A stretch of 64,000 nucleotides of DNA from Somniosus microcephalus. Taxonomy: Eukaryota. Both the position numbers and the translations under genes were made by a program. The notes under the pieces were generated by a model. The model had not been told where the DNA came from. It made no database searches and saw only the letters and a list, made by a program, of their open reading frames with translations. The stretch is from positions 46,252,001 through 46,316,000 of the forward strand of contig CM126221.1 in the NCBI GenBank assembly GCA_052327205.1. The letters run 5' to 3'. Position 1 is the first letter of the stretch, and each line of letters starts with the position of its first letter. Below are positions 25,185-62,611 of this stretch, piece by piece.

Positions 25185-27565
25185 TGAATTTAGAAGGCAC
25201 ACCATCCAGTCACATGTAAAAAATACAATCAATTTGTACAATGCATGATTCGCAGAGTACACATATTAAAAGTAATATTTGCTTTCTTAAAGGCATGTGA
25301 AGCTTAAATTCAAAAAGATTTACATTTACCCTCACCCCTCTAGAAGACACTTATTTCAAAAAATAATATAATTGCTAAAAGACCTCGAGTATTGCTCCGT
25401 CAACCCAACTTGTCTTGTCTCTCTCTGTCCTCTGAGTCAACTGGAATGGCAGATGCAAATATGAATGTGAGCCTGTCACATATATCTGTGTAACATTGGC
25501 TGCCTGAGCAATGGTAGCCAACTGAGATGGCGTGATCCCGCAGGCATCTGGTACTGTCTGGTACCTTCCACAACTGCCTATACTTCATCATGTGTATATG
25601 TAGGGGGTAATTTCCCCAGTGTGGTAAATTATGGGTCCATTGAAATCGTAGGGTACATTTCCCCATCATGAGCATGTACTTGGAAAATTACCTTCATAGT
25701 GCACTGGCTAGCCCACTATCCTTATGCCTAATTTAAAAAATAAAAATTTGTACTTGAAGGCCATTTCTTAATGTGAGATCTTAATCTTAATGGTTCTAAC
25801 ATCAACAATTCATTGTTACTAAAAATACTTATAGCATACGATCTGCCTTTAATACAGTCAGGACCCCTGACTCCACTTTTACTCTGAATGTACTCTATCG
25901 CTATCCTGGTGCATATTGGAGAAGCTATTTCAAACTCCCACAGAATCTGAGGCAAAATACATGAAAAATTCAGTGTGTCAAACAACCTATATGGATCAAG
26001 GTCGGTAACAGAGGTATTTCATTTCAACTAAAAGCACAACCTATGTTGTCAGGTTTTTCTCTTATTAATGCAAAATCAAACTACTTTGGAAGAAATATTT
26101 TACAGTATTCAACAAGTCAGATCACTTTCATGTGAAGAGTGACTTTAGATTAACTTTGGGGAACTCCGTCCGTGCTGTTATATGCTCCAGTAATAAATAG
26201 GCATACTTTGGGGTAGTCACAGGTTTCAGGAATGGATGGAAAGAAAGTAGATATTTCACTGGAGTTTAAAGTGGTTGCCAGGAGTCTGGAGACATCTCCG
26301 ACTCACACAGCAGTAACAGAGTTGTCAGCACCCTGGGTCAGTGCCATTGTACATGGAGCTCACAGACCACCTGTCTATAATAAGGACATAGTTCAGTCAA
26401 TGAAGCTGTACTATGAATATACAGATGTTTGTGATGCCATATGTAATCGTTTCTCAATTTAAGAAAAAGACTTGCATTTATATAGCGCCTTTCACGACCA
26501 CCAGACATCTCAAAGCGCTTTACAGCCAATGAAGTACTTTTGTGGAGTAATGTGACTGAAGGTACAGAGCCTCTTGCCCCATCAGCTTCCCTGGGAGAGT
26601 CCATTATTGTGTGCACCTTTCATTCCACGTGCTCAATTTAGTTTCCATACTACCACTTTACTTTGCTGCTCTTGACAAATTATAATCGTCCTCCTGAGAG
26701 AACCAGAAATGAACCATTGTGTGCACGGTATCCCTAAAGTGTCCCAATGCTCTCTTTCACATTTTAGATCTGTAGAGGTTTCAATAATTGAATATTTATG
26801 GTGCCCTTATATCAGAATGCTTATATGCATATTGACTGTGTAGTTTTTATTGCATTGTTTTATTTTGTAACTGAGGGTGCATAGTGTCTTTATCCCTCCA
26901 TTGTACACACTTTTATTCAGTTTAACAGTTGCTTTAACATGACTCAAACCCAGCTAGTACAACCAGACTTCAGACCAACCTGAAGAGATAGAGATATACA
27001 GCCTGCAGGTGGGTGACAATGTGTGGCTGCAGTCTTCAGTTCAACACTACCCGCAGGCAGGCTGTGTAGGAGGGTCAGGCCGCAGGTGCGAAGAACTATC
27101 CAGTGCCAGTATAATCAACCTGATATTGTCCAACAGGTGATCAGTGAAATGCAGGAATACTGCACTTCCAGAAATTGTGTGTGTTTTTTAAAATATATGC
27201 AGAATAATGAATGCCTGGAAGTGACTACAAGCCAGTAAAGCTTTCCTCCCCAAAATAAAATTTCAAAAAAAGAAGTGTTTTTACCTTACAACCTTTTACC
27301 AAACAATTGAACTCTGACCCCAGCCCACGTTCACATGCGCACATGCAAACAAACTATTAAGAAAGCCCAGCCACAATGCTATCATTACGTGTTCCAATAT
27401 TCTTTCTGAAATAAATACTACAAGAGCTGTGGGCAGTAGAACAGAAAGGTTTGCACCATAAGAGACTGTTCAATGACTGACATTCCATACCCAATCTTAA
27501 CCAACTGTGACTGATCCAATAGACATACTGCAGGCATGACACTAATAGCTGAGCGGCAATCCGAA

Positions 27566-27586
27566 TTTATTAAATTGCTTTTTATT
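27566..27586 (-). terminator. Candidate polyadenylation signals of the GATA gene
   Basis: Two AATAAA on the minus strand (27566-27571, 27581-27586), about 500 nt past the stop codon. No transcript evidence. Confidence 0.4.
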
Positions 27587-28080
27587 ATTAGCCTGAACCA
27601 TCCATATAGAACTAGAACTAATTAAACTAAGAAAAAATAATTTCTCAATGAAACGCTGTTGTATTTTTACCGGAGGCAAGGTCTGTTCAAATTGTTCCAT
27701 AGTTGCAACTGTCCAGGGAGTACACTCCAAAATATCCGTTTTCAAACGGAAAGTTAGAGACATACAGCAAGTGGTGGTCCAAAAAAAGGCACTTAATTAC
27801 TAACAATGTTGGAACAGAATTGCACCAAGGTCACCTACATAGAATTTAGGTGGTGTTAAGCCTTGGCAGTAAGACATCATTTTTGCAACACTCACTCTTT
27901 TAAATTATATAACACGATATGATCCAGCATTCCATTTGATTTCTCTTCCTGGCATTCTTTTATCTTCTTTTCATCATTTCCAGTTTTCATTCAGATAAAA
28001 TGAATCTCAGTTGCAAACTCCATTCTTGGTATCAGTGAAAATGTAGCTTTAGCAGGATTGTGGTGGAGGTCTCTTTGGTG

Positions 28081-51245
<23,165 letters not shown>

Positions 51246-51375
51246 CACCGGGGGAGAGGAGCGGCAGTCCCGGGCAATCCCAGGGGCTCGAACCTGGAGC
51301 AGTCCCGCAGGGAGAGAGACTTTACCCGGGGATATCTGCAGCTCCACCCGCTTGCTTCCCTTGGGGGACACAATG
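51246..51375 (-). other. Probable 5'UTR portion of the first coding exon
   Basis: Strong acceptor ttggtttttttttgtttcag at 51376-51395, with no ATG between it and the MYQ start. An alternative acceptor (ctctctcccctccctttggcag) lies at 51500. Confidence 0.5.
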
Positions 51376-53039
51376 CTGAAACAAAAAAAAACCAAGAAGT
51401 GTCCTTTTAGTATAAAGTCCTTTCGATTCCAACTGGTGCCAAACCGTCGCAGGTCTGAATCCGTCCAAACCCAGGAGAGCAGATCGGTGCCAGTGACATC
51501 TGCCAAAGGGAGGGGAGAGAGAGAGAGAGAACAAACTTTCAAACTAGGAGAGGGTGCGAGTGAGGGAGGGAGGAAGAGACTAGAGTTCATAAAGTGGTCA
51601 AAGATCGAAGTAAAAAGGGAAAGGAAATGGAAATCAAATCGTGGGGGATTTCGCTGGAACCTCCCATCTCTGAGCGTCTCCCAGTAACTGCATCTCGCTG
51701 CCAATCTGGCGCTTAACCCTTTCGTGGGGCCGGCGGCCGACACGGCCCGAGGAGAAATAACAGCTTCGTGGCTGTTTATTATTATTTTTAAAAATAGTTT
51801 AGTCGGAGTTTCCCCGCCACTGAGAATCCGCAGTTAGTCGCGGCCACTGCCCTTCGTGTGTGTTTTGGCTGGACTAACAGTGTTTCTGATCTGAACGCTT
51901 CGATAATAGCTTCAACCGCTGTTTGGAGTGGTTGGTCTAAGACGGGTTGGCCCAGGAATATTACGAATAATAATGAGAATACAAGCCGGTCTCAAACTAC
52001 ATTTGCGATTTAAGGAAAGGAGTGCAGTCTAAAGCACTCGGTAAATAAAGAATAATAACGAAAATGCTTCTTTTGATTCGCTGCCGATTGCTTGATATTT
52101 TAGGTGCGAGCTCCTGCTAAAATTCTTTGCCCAGTTGGACTGTTTCCAGCTCATACGCCGCCATCCTCTGTGTAACCTGTCGCACCTCGTTATTTATATT
52201 CAATGTAGCTACAACCCGGATTAAGGGAATAATGGTACGAAGCCATTTAAACTTCAGAAAATCGATCATAACAAATACAAATAGTCCAGCAGAAACCATG
52301 CTAATATTTCGTTGTAAATTCCCGATAAGAGAATACTCTTGATAAGGGCGCTCGGTTCTGCAGACAATTATTCAATTAGCAGGAACTCAGAGCAGTGAAT
52401 CAAAGAATATTTGCGGAGAATGGTTTGATTGGAAAGCTCACGACAGATGCCGATGTCCTGCACAACTGTGATCTGTTTGAGTTGGGAACATGGCGGCATG
52501 TTCAATCTGTAAGAACTCCATCGCATCTAAATATTAAAGAAACATTCAGCACAGTCCGTTGTTGTGCTTGTCAGTGCGGGTGTTGAAAATATTGAGCCAT
52601 TAATAAAGATGTAACACACTGAGATTTTTAAAAATCTTACATACGTCAGATCATGACTTTACTTACCCTTGAAAATGTTTACTTGCTGTGTTCTCCTTCG
52701 ATAAAGATTTTCAGAGAATAAAATCGGTACTATAAAAAAATCACATATATTACAGCGGTTTCCATATGTCTAAAGTGAATGGTATCTTGCAACGCGATGC
52801 CGCAGGACAGATACTGATCAGCAGTTTATAAAGCAGTAACTACTGTTCATCTGCTATATTCCAAACTGGTATGGATTTAAGTTTTTCTATAGCTAAAGAA
52901 ATCTATCAATCTTTTCCCTTATGCAATTTCGGAAGAAAACCAAGATTGGGAGTATACGGTCAATGGGAAGTCGCTGAACGGTGTAGAGAAACGGAGAAGC
53001 CTAGCCCTGCAAATAGGTAATCCCTCTAAAGTGTCCTGG

Positions 53040-53620
53040 AGGCAGATACAAGGGCTAACAGCATTATTTTTTTTATAAGTTGATAAGGGTTATGCTCAAT
53101 TTGTACAAGGCCATGCTAGGCCACAGTTGGGGCAGAGATTGCGGCGTCCCATTATAGAAAGGATATGAAAACCATAGAGGACATACAGCATAGATTGATC
53201 AGGATACTTCCAGGAATGGGAAACTGTAGTTATGGAAGAGAGGCTCAAGATACTGCGACTATTGCCACTGGAGAAAGGAAGGCTAAGAGGAGATTTAAGG
53301 GAGGTTTTTGTAAATTTTGAAAAGTTTTGAAAGAGTGAAAATGAAAGACTATCTGGTTGGAGGCCCAATGATGAGGCATCATCAATTCAATTGTCATTAA
53401 GAGATTAAGGAGAGAAGTTAGGAAGACATTATTTATTTAGAGACTTATTAAAAGTACGGATTAATTTGCAGAGGAATGGTTGAAGCAAGCATTTAAAGGG
53501 AAGATCAGGTAAACATTTGCAACAGGGCTATGAAGTGAGATTAGTTTTGGATTGCTCTAGCTAAGAGCTGGCACCGACACAATGGGCTGAAGGGCCTCGT
53601 GAGCTGCAAACCTCTGAGGT
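53040..53620 (+). mobile_element. Decayed CR1 3' fragment
   Basis: ctaggccacagttggg...ggaaggctaagaggagattta...atgggctgaagggcctc, which are CR1 motifs. Confidence 0.6.
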
Positions 53621-56600
53621 TATGAGGTTCTTATTTCAAGCTGTGTACCTCTACTAAAAGGACTGAGTGCCACACTGAGCGACCAGGCTGTGGTGATTCT
53701 TACAGTAAGGTGTCTTTGGATAGGTCCAAAATGAACTTTGACCTATTGTGATATAGTTTGCTATGGTGACATTCTAACAGAACCGATTATTGACTACTCC
53801 AATACATTAGCATATAAAAGTCTAAGCATTTTCTTACTACAATAAAAATGACTTAACCAGTACATATTACTAAACTATCAATTGATATCACCTTCCTCCT
53901 CTATCTTTTTGCACATGACTGTATTCCTTCAAATTGTGATGTTGCTGAGAACATGAGCTGTCCAGAATGTAGATCTCTGCCTGTCCATGTCAAAACATGG
54001 GCGCTACTAAGATAGACCTCTCTCCTCTTGTGAGGGAATACACATTGTTATCAGACCTAGAACTGAAAAGTAAAGCGGGCAGGTTTGTGTATCAGGTAGT
54101 CTTGATACTCTGCACCATGATCTCTGGATGTCTGTACTCTTACTGCTATGCAGATTAAGCAGGCCCAAGTATATAATTCTTGAAGGTGTGCATCTGTGAC
54201 AATGTTTAATATAAGGAAAGAGCCAAGTGGTAAAATGTACATGCCTGTACTCACAATAAACACACTTTCTGCCTTTGAGTATATTAATCCCAATTCCACT
54301 TATATTTTATATTTATCTCACTGAAGCCCTCAGTTTAAGTGCTGAGAAAAACCATGTGTTTACTATGGATTTTAGCACCATTCTCAACCAACTAGAATCC
54401 TTCTTTTCATCTCCTAATCTAATCAGTGAAGACTGTTACATATTGAAGGAACAGGAGCACCACCCCTTTTAACCACTGGAAGTTAGTCACAGGGCATGGT
54501 TTGACCCTCTTAATGTTAAAAGTGTTGGTTTTGGCGTCGATTGCAAGAGACACATTAAGCAAGACACCGCTCCCCTTACATGTATGATAAAAAATGTGTC
54601 AGGAGATAGGCAAGAAGGCTGCTTTAAATTTGTTTCATTTATTCTTCATTGTCAGGTGAACCTCTTTTCACATTCACCTCATTAATTATAATCATCAGAC
54701 TCAGTGTTGTTTGAAAAAGTTTGTTAGCACATTTTATCTCAGCATTCTAAAAAATGTTTTGAGCAGAAGAAACTTTTTTCCCTTTTGTGTCAGACTCTAA
54801 CAATACAACGCTAGATGATGCACAATCAAAATCTAGACTTGCTACCAGAATGCAATGAAGATTTTCTTTTCATTGTTGGTAATTACAACATCGGTTGGGA
54901 GATGTTTAGGCTAGATTTTAAAAGCCCCAGTTAGCAAACTGTCAGGTAACATTATTCATTGATATAGTACACAAAAACTTTATTAACATATGATATTCAT
55001 AATTAATTAGTGTATTAAAATCAAGTAAACTGCAAATAACCCACTGGCAGTAGAAGCACCAGTGAAAGAGAATGCTGCTTCCTATTGAGAATGAGCTGGT
55101 GAGTAACTCTGGATCCTTTTCATGGCCATTTCAGGGGATAAAGGCCATTTCTTGGCTGGGAAATTACACTTGGCCTAAGAAGACACAAAAGAGCAGAGAA
55201 CATAGATGTTGTTGGGGGAAGGGGGAGGGAGGGAATCAAAACCAAAATCACAAAGTAAAAGTTGCAAGGAAGAACAGAGATGATTTTACAGTGCCTTTTT
55301 ATGATCCCCTTTTGAACTTCACATCACCATCAGTGCCTAAAAACATGAACTAACATAAATAACAGCAACAACCACTTCCGTTTATATAGCACTTTAATTT
55401 AGTAAAACGTCCCAAGGCGCTTCACAGGATGGTTTTCAAACAAAACTTGACTGCAGAGTAAACTACAGAGCGAGTCAAGATATTAGATGCCTGCACAGTG
55501 CTGTATATCCTGCAAAATACTGCAGACTAGTTGGACTTGGATCAGCTGTACTGTTCTGATTCATGTGCAGGTTAAATTAGTGGAGATTTTCATGAACATT
55601 TTTCTACAGAATATAAATGCCCACTTAATGTTCTTATGCCTTCCAATTTCTATCAAAATTCATGAAATGTGCTGATAGGTTTATAGATTTGATTATGGTT
55701 TCCTTTTAACCTACCTATATAACTATAACTTTGCTGGAAGGAACATAAAATTACCTAGACATATATGGATATTACAACAGGGATACTGGTCTTTCAGTCC
55801 AACAGCCCATGTTGGTGTTTATCCTGCACTCCTAATCTCATGAGCCTGCCCTGTCTTCATATCCTTTTATTCCGCTTTCCTTCAACCACCTATCTAACCT
55901 ATTCTTAAATACTGACATTATATAATACAGAGAAAGCAATGAGGATTAACAGAGAACTAAACAGAATATGGTGACAGAAATGTGGTTTGTGCTGTATGAG
56001 AAGATACATTTCCTGTTCGTATATGGTCTGTTGTGTATTTCCAGCATTTTCTGCTTGTATATTAGTGAAGATATTACTCTGGTCAAAGTACAAAATTCTT
56101 TTCCAATAATTTTTAGTATGATGGGACAGAAAATAGCTTTCTCGTTATATTTTAAATAGGCCTTCTGATTTTTTTCTGAGCTGATGTAAAAAAAAAGGGA
56201 GAAATCTGTGGGTGAATCTGTGCTTTTTTGATAAAAATAAAAAAATATTCATAATCAGAAAACTTCAGATTTAATCAGCAAAACAATTTTATAGGAGCAA
56301 ATACATAAAGAAGTCTTCACAAAATATAATGCTAAAATTAGTTGATGTACATCATTAACTGTATGTTCAGTGCCTCCTCCCACGTGGAACTTTATTGAAG
56401 GTGCAGTCTATGTCAAGGGAGAAAAGAAAATGTGAGGATATCACAGTCACTGAAATAACCCTGATTGGTGTGTGCACTGTGTGATAATGCAGCTTTTCTA
56501 ACACATGGCATAAAATCCAAAATATGACAAGTGGCAAGTGCATTAATATTTTATTCAAAAGCAACTAATACATGGTATAACGATGGCTCAAGATCCATAA

Positions 56601-58469
56601 TTTAAAATAATACCATGCAACATGGTCCCATTATAAATCATTCATAGCAAAGAATCAACAAAATATTACTTATGTAGAATCCCTCATATATGTGAGTGGG
56701 TTTTATATACATTTTACCGGTAGCTACTCAGATTCTGCCAACACCTGATTGAGATTTACAAATGGTCAACTAAGTAAGAAGGCTATCATTTACTATCAGG
56801 GTTTAGACGATCTTACAAGCAATGAGTGTGACTTTCAAATGGTTTATGGGTGTCATCTGAACTACAAGATTAAATTCAAGCATGTACAATTTTTAAATAA
56901 TGACTTATCTCAATAAAGTCATTATAGAGTTTATGATAATTAAAAGGAGTGTTGCAATGACATTACTGTGGAAATTACTATGGGCAATGTCAAATGGTTA
57001 ATATTTTGTATCAAATCCCTCTCTACTATTTTATAAGAGGCATTTGCTTATATTTTAAATGGTTAAAGCCTCCTTTAAAATAGCAGATAGAGGAATTTGA
57101 TACAAACATGTTAAATGTTCGTATGATAATATTTTCACAGCACTTACAAGGCTAATGACTGAAGTCTAAGGCACTGTTGTGATATTACTGCTGCAGAATA
57201 ATATTGTCAGAGGAAAGGACAATAAGAGAATTTTTGTGCAGTTCTAAAACTAAATTAACATGTAATTTAGAGATAAGAATATGTTATAAATAAAATATAT
57301 CACTGTGTACATTAATCGGTCCCTGAGAACATGTTGACATCCCTGCAAAGCTGTAACATAGAAGATTCATTCGCCTGATAGAAAAATCTGAGTAAATATT
57401 TTACAAATGATGGTTTTAATTAAAATGCTTGAACACGTGGTATAACAGTGATAGATACAACCTTCCTTTGAGTGCACACAGCAATAAAGGACTCTAATGC
57501 ATTAAAAGATTAGCCTCAGTGTTTGTTCACCATACTGGACTTCATGAGAACATAAGAAAGCATAGGATAAGAAAAGGCCATTGAGCCCTTCAAAGCTGCT
57601 GCTGTAGGAGAAGGTAATGTTACCTTTTAAAAGTTTGCGAAAGCACGGGGATAGCTCCCTTGATGGCTCAGTGAGTTTATTCAGATTATAACTGAGCTCA
57701 GGTCAGTAAGATCCCTAATCTGTGTCGCCAGGGTTGTGGTAGGGGTTCCTATGATTGGCCTCAACACTTTTAAGTTGTGTTGGGGAAAAATTGCCCTGGG
57801 TTCCCCCTCCCAATTGTCCTTTGCTTGGTGTAGATGAGGAGAGGATTGGGCTTGGCTGTGATCCTTCCCACTGTTGAGAGCTTGCAAAATTTACTGTAGA
57901 AGTCTACACATGAAGAATGGTTAGTTGGGCAGAGGGCACCTTGAGATCAAGGAAGAGTATGGCAGCAAGGAGTCAACACCTTTAGAAATAAGTCTTTCCT
58001 TTCCCCAACTGGGTACAACAAAGGTGTGTGATGTATCCGTTATGGTACTTTTATGGAAACAGTCCAGAATTTAAGCCCTGAGATTACATTATGTGATACT
58101 AACATATGAACACGTAGTGTACTTGTTTGAAATTTCTCTGCGACTTGTTAGCGGAGTTGCTAATCCATTTATTTTAAGTGAGTCAATGCCTCCACTAGAA
58201 TAGCAGAGAGGCACGTTTCAGACAAACCGTTAAGAGGTTGTACACTCACATCCCATGGTGTAATTGCAAGACCTTAACCCATAGGCAATTTGAATTGTGG
58301 TGATATGCATAACATATGGTGATCCTTTAATGCTTTCTTTCCTACATTAGTAAAATGTCTCACCATAGTAATTGTGGTCATAGTAACTAAATGGAAGTTA
58401 CAATACAAGATCGTAAGAACATTATAAGAAAATATGGAATTATGGGAATTAAACTGTTTACCACATTAG

Positions 58470-59755
58470 AGTCAGCTGTGGCTCAGTGGGCAGCACTCTC
58501 GCCGCTGTGTCAGGAGGTTGTGGGTTTCAAAGTCCCACTCCAGAGACTGAGCACAAAAATCTAGGCTGGCACTCCAGTGCAGTACTGACGGAGTGTTGCA
58601 CTGTCGGAGGTGCCATCTTTCGGATGAGACATTAAACTAAGACCCCTCAGGTGGAGGTAAAAGATCCCACGGCACTATTTTGAAGAAGAACAGGGGAGTT
58701 CTCCCCGGTGTCCTGGCCAATATTTATCCCTCAATCAACATCACTAAAACAGATTATCTGGTCATTATCACATTGCTGTTTGTGGGAGCTTGCTGTGCGC
58801 AAATTGGCTGCCACGTTTCCCACATTACAACAGAGACTACGGGCTGGGTTTTCATTGAGGAGGTGGGTAGGAGGCAGGACTACAACTTTTGGGGTTGTAG
58901 TCCCGCCTCCATTGAGTTGTAGCCAACCCACGCGATTTTGACTTGATTGACCTTGTTGAGCCCGCCCAGCGGGGTCAGCAGGCCAATTAAGGGCCACCTG
59001 GCAACAGGTGACGTCACAGATTGATATTTCATCTGTCAAGACCTTTTTACAGATGAAATATCAGCGTTCGACAGCTGTTTGAAGCTGTCAAACACTGACA
59101 ATCCGTACTCCAAATTAATTCCTTCCTCTCAGGATGATTTAGAGATCTCTCCGCAACAGAAAGCTGAATGCTGCAATTTTTGACAGATCGCGGCCATTCT
59201 GCTTTCTGTGCCAGTGAGACGAGGGACTCCTGAGACTTGAAGGAAGGAAGGCTGTAAAGGTAAGTAAAACTTCTTTAAACACTTTAAACACACCAAACAC
59301 ACTTACCTCTGCACTCATGCACCCATCACTCACCTGAACACCAGACATCTCGACCCCTCCAATCCCTTAAGCCCGCCTCGCTAACTTGGCATGGTTTGGA
59401 GCTGTCGGGAATCCCACACTTCAAGAATGAAAATAGGGATTAGGCTAAAAACTGCCTGTTAACTACCTGTTAACAGACAGTTAATTGGCACTAATCCCCT
59501 TCCCGCCTCGGGGAGGCGGCTCCCAGTGCGGGTCGGGTACCCGCCTCCTTTGAAACTGGCATGGAGGCGGGTTGGGGGCGGGATGGGTTCGTGCCCCCCC
59601 GATTTCGGGATTTTAACCCCCCACATGCCTCCAATCCCGCCTCCACGGCCCAATGAAAATCCTGCCCAACACTTCAAAAAAAAGTACTCCATTGGCTGTA
59701 AAGCGCTTTGGGATCTCCGGTGGTTGTGAAAGGTGCTTTATAAATGTAAATCTTT
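58470..59755 (+). mobile_element. DeuSINE interrupted by a family A MITE
   Basis: SINE head and Deu domain run to 58840; the SINE resumes at 59668 (acacttcaaaa...taaatgtaaatc). Confidence 0.85.
58841..59667 (-). mobile_element. Harbinger-type MITE, family A copy 3 (inverted)
   Basis: TIRs GGGCTGGGTTTTCATTG / CAATGAAAATCCTGCCC, TSD tac/aac, reverse-complement homology to 11792-12634. Confidence 0.87.
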
Positions 59756-60178
59756 TTTTCTTCATTTAATACTTAAAAAAAATCAATTTTACTGAGTGAA
59801 GAACAAATTACAAAGGTTTGGTAATAGTTTGAAAGTTTTGAGGAGCAGTTAGTACTCTAACGCTAATTGTGCTGCACAGCACCACAAACAGTCATGCTTT
59901 CTTCCACAATAAAACATTCTCCAGAACCTGACATTTTAGCAGAATTACAGATAAAAAGTCCCGCAAAGTGCACGAATGATAGAGCTCGCTTTCCCAAGCA
60001 TTGGTGCAATCATTGTGATTATATATGACATCCAGATCACCTGCCAAAAAGCAACCTTTGTTCTGGAACATTTGTACTTCATCTGATTTGGCACATCACT
60101 TCCTGAATAGTGAGCTGCTGGGAGACAGTCATTGGGTTAGTACAGTGTGGTTTACAAAACAGTGTCTTGTTAAGTATT

Positions 60179-60400
60179 ACAACAGCAAAATACTGCGGAT
60201 GCTGGAAATCCGAAATAACAACAGAAAACGCTGGAAAAACTCAACAGGCCAGGCAGCATCCGTGGAGAGAGAAACAGAGTTAACGTTTCAGGTCGAAGAC
60301 CTTTCGTCAGAACACCAGACCTGAAACGTTAACTCTGTTTCTCTCTCCATGGATGCTGCCTGGCCTGCTGAGTTTTTCCAGCATTTTCTGTTGTTATTTC
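60179..60400. mobile_element. Penelope pseudo-LTR fold-back remnant with a minus-strand hammerhead motif (60279-60313)
   Basis: About 83-bp inverted arms at 60212-60294 / 60318-60400, 14-bp TSD tcttgttaagtatt. The minus strand reads GTT-CTGACGA-A-AGGTC-TTC-GACCT-GAAA-C-GTT-AAC. Confidence 0.85.
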
Positions 60401-60992
60401 TTGTTAAGTATTGTTTGTATGTGATTGTGTCACACCCTTTTCACAGGATAGTGGCTATGCATCAAATGTGATTTTACAACCTTCATTAGCAATTCAACGA
60501 GCAGATCCCGCTATAGTTTTGTGGGTAAATACACTGCCTGATACAGTGCTGAGACCTGGAAGGCCCCGTGATTGAGTTATCTGATTCCAGTAGGATTTGT
60601 TATCAGGGTGCTGCAATTGGCCTCAAAGCCCTCAGGTTAGCAAAGGAAAAGAAATCCTGCTTCTGCTCCTATTCAGTGATCTCTGATGTCCCCCATAGTT
60701 GAATAGTCTGCTAACACTCACCATCCAGTCTGACATTGGGCGGTGAGTGTTAACAGGCTATTCAGTTACAGGGACATCAGTTGAGGTACCAGAGAGCTGC
60801 TGGCATGTGTAGGATCATAACTTGGTAAGAACCAGCACCTTCAGGAGAGCACCTTGGCACACAAATAAAATATGTTTTTGTTGCTTCAACCTCTCTGATG
60901 AATGTTACAATATAGCTTACAAAGTCTGAAATATTTTGATAGCATACTGCAAGATTGCTGTACTTAGCAAGTGATCCAGCTGTGGATGAATG

Positions 60993-61610
60993 AAAGAAAG
61001 ACTTGCATTTGTATAGCGCCTTTCATGACCTCAAAACATTCCACAGTGCTTTACAGCCAATGGAGTACTTTTTGAAGTGTAGTCACTGTTGTAATGTAGG
61101 AAGTACAGCAGCCAATTTGCACACAACAAGCTCCCACAAACAGCAATGTGACAATGACCAGATAATCTGTTTTAGTGATGTTGGTTGAGGGATAAATGGA
61201 GGAGAAGCATCCGGGAAGGCGCCGAACACCTCGAGTCTCTTCGCCGAGAGCAAGCGGAAGCCAAGCGCAGGCAGCGCAAGGAGCGCATGTCAACCCAAGC
61301 ACCTCACCCACCCACCCCTTCAACCACCGTCTGCCCCACCTGTGACAGAGACTGTTGGTCCCACATTGGACTCATTAGTCACCTGCAAACTCATTTTTAA
61401 TGTGGAAGCAAGTCATCCTCGGTTCCCGAGGAACTGCCTAAGAAGAAGAAATATTGGCCAGGACACCAGGGAGTACTCCCCTGCTCTTCTTTGAACTAGT
61501 GCCGTGGGATCTTTTACGTCCACCTGAGAGAGCAGACAGGGCCTCGGTTTAACGTCTCATCCAAAAGACGGCACCTCTGCCAGTACAGCACTCCCTCAGT
61601 ACTGCACTGA
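60993..61610 (-). mobile_element. DeuSINE interrupted by an RTE-type LINE tail
   Basis: The Deu-domain sequence is split at gggataaat|attggccagg. Confidence 0.85.
61198..61447 (+). mobile_element. RTE-clade LINE 3' end with C-terminal C2H2-like finger
   Basis: Reads WRRSIREG...EAKRRQRKER...CPTCDRDCWSHIGLISHLQTHF*, followed by a short UTR and an (AAG)n tail. Confidence 0.8.
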
Positions 61611-62611
61611 TAAGGGAAATAGAAGGGCTTCACATAGGAGGTTTACAATATTTACCTTTCAGTACAAGACTGAAAGTGAAGGTCTGAAATTGAGGAACCA
61701 TTTGATCAACAACATCATGTTTAAAGGTAAGAATGTGACCATTGTGATGCCATCTATTATCACACACAATTCTGAACTTTGAAAATTTGGTCAGCAGGTT
61801 GATGAAAATCCCCAGTGACATCCTACACTTTGGAAAAGTTTATATTCAAAACTATAAATAGAACAAAAACAATGTTGTTAAAGTAAAGCAGTAAATGAGA
61901 TAGCCTTAATTGTGGAACGTTTAACATAAGGAAAAAAAACCTTAAATTCTGCGCTAAACAAAAATCAAGAAAAGTAATCCAAGAAATGAGGTATTCCCAC
62001 ATTTCTAATTGTGCAAGTGAAGTTATAATATTGAGTTGATAATTACTATTTCACCTTTTTACAGTGTCTGGCTCATCAAGAGGGTCAGACATAGATAACT
62101 CTTGTAACGCATGGAGGGGCATTATGTGTTGCTGGAGGCAGAGAGTCAGCTACTTCTGTGTCCATCATTAGTTGTCTTGGTCTACACTTGCAGGTCTACA
62201 GAGAAAATGAACCACTGGGAGAATAAGGTTAACTACCATTTGATAGATTGATCAATGAGCTCTTTGATTAAAGTACAGTGGTTTGACAACAGATAAGTGT
62301 CAAACAAGTGCTTCTTAGATGTACAGGTAGTGATGGATTTCCACTTCTGTCCAGGTACCTCTTAATAATGTGGCATACTTGTCAGATAACCTTCCCAGCC
62401 CAAGAGGTACCTATCAGGAAAAGATATTTTAACAGGTATCGCCACTTCACTCTGCTTGACTGTTGCTGGAATCAAATACTTAGCTAATTGACACAGGCCA
62501 AAACAACATTTTTATTCCCATCTAGAAGGGTCCATGAGAGAAGGAATGATTAAACAATTAGTTTTAAAAGAATTGAATTCATAAGTGACCATTGCAAAAG
62601 AATGTCCCAGG

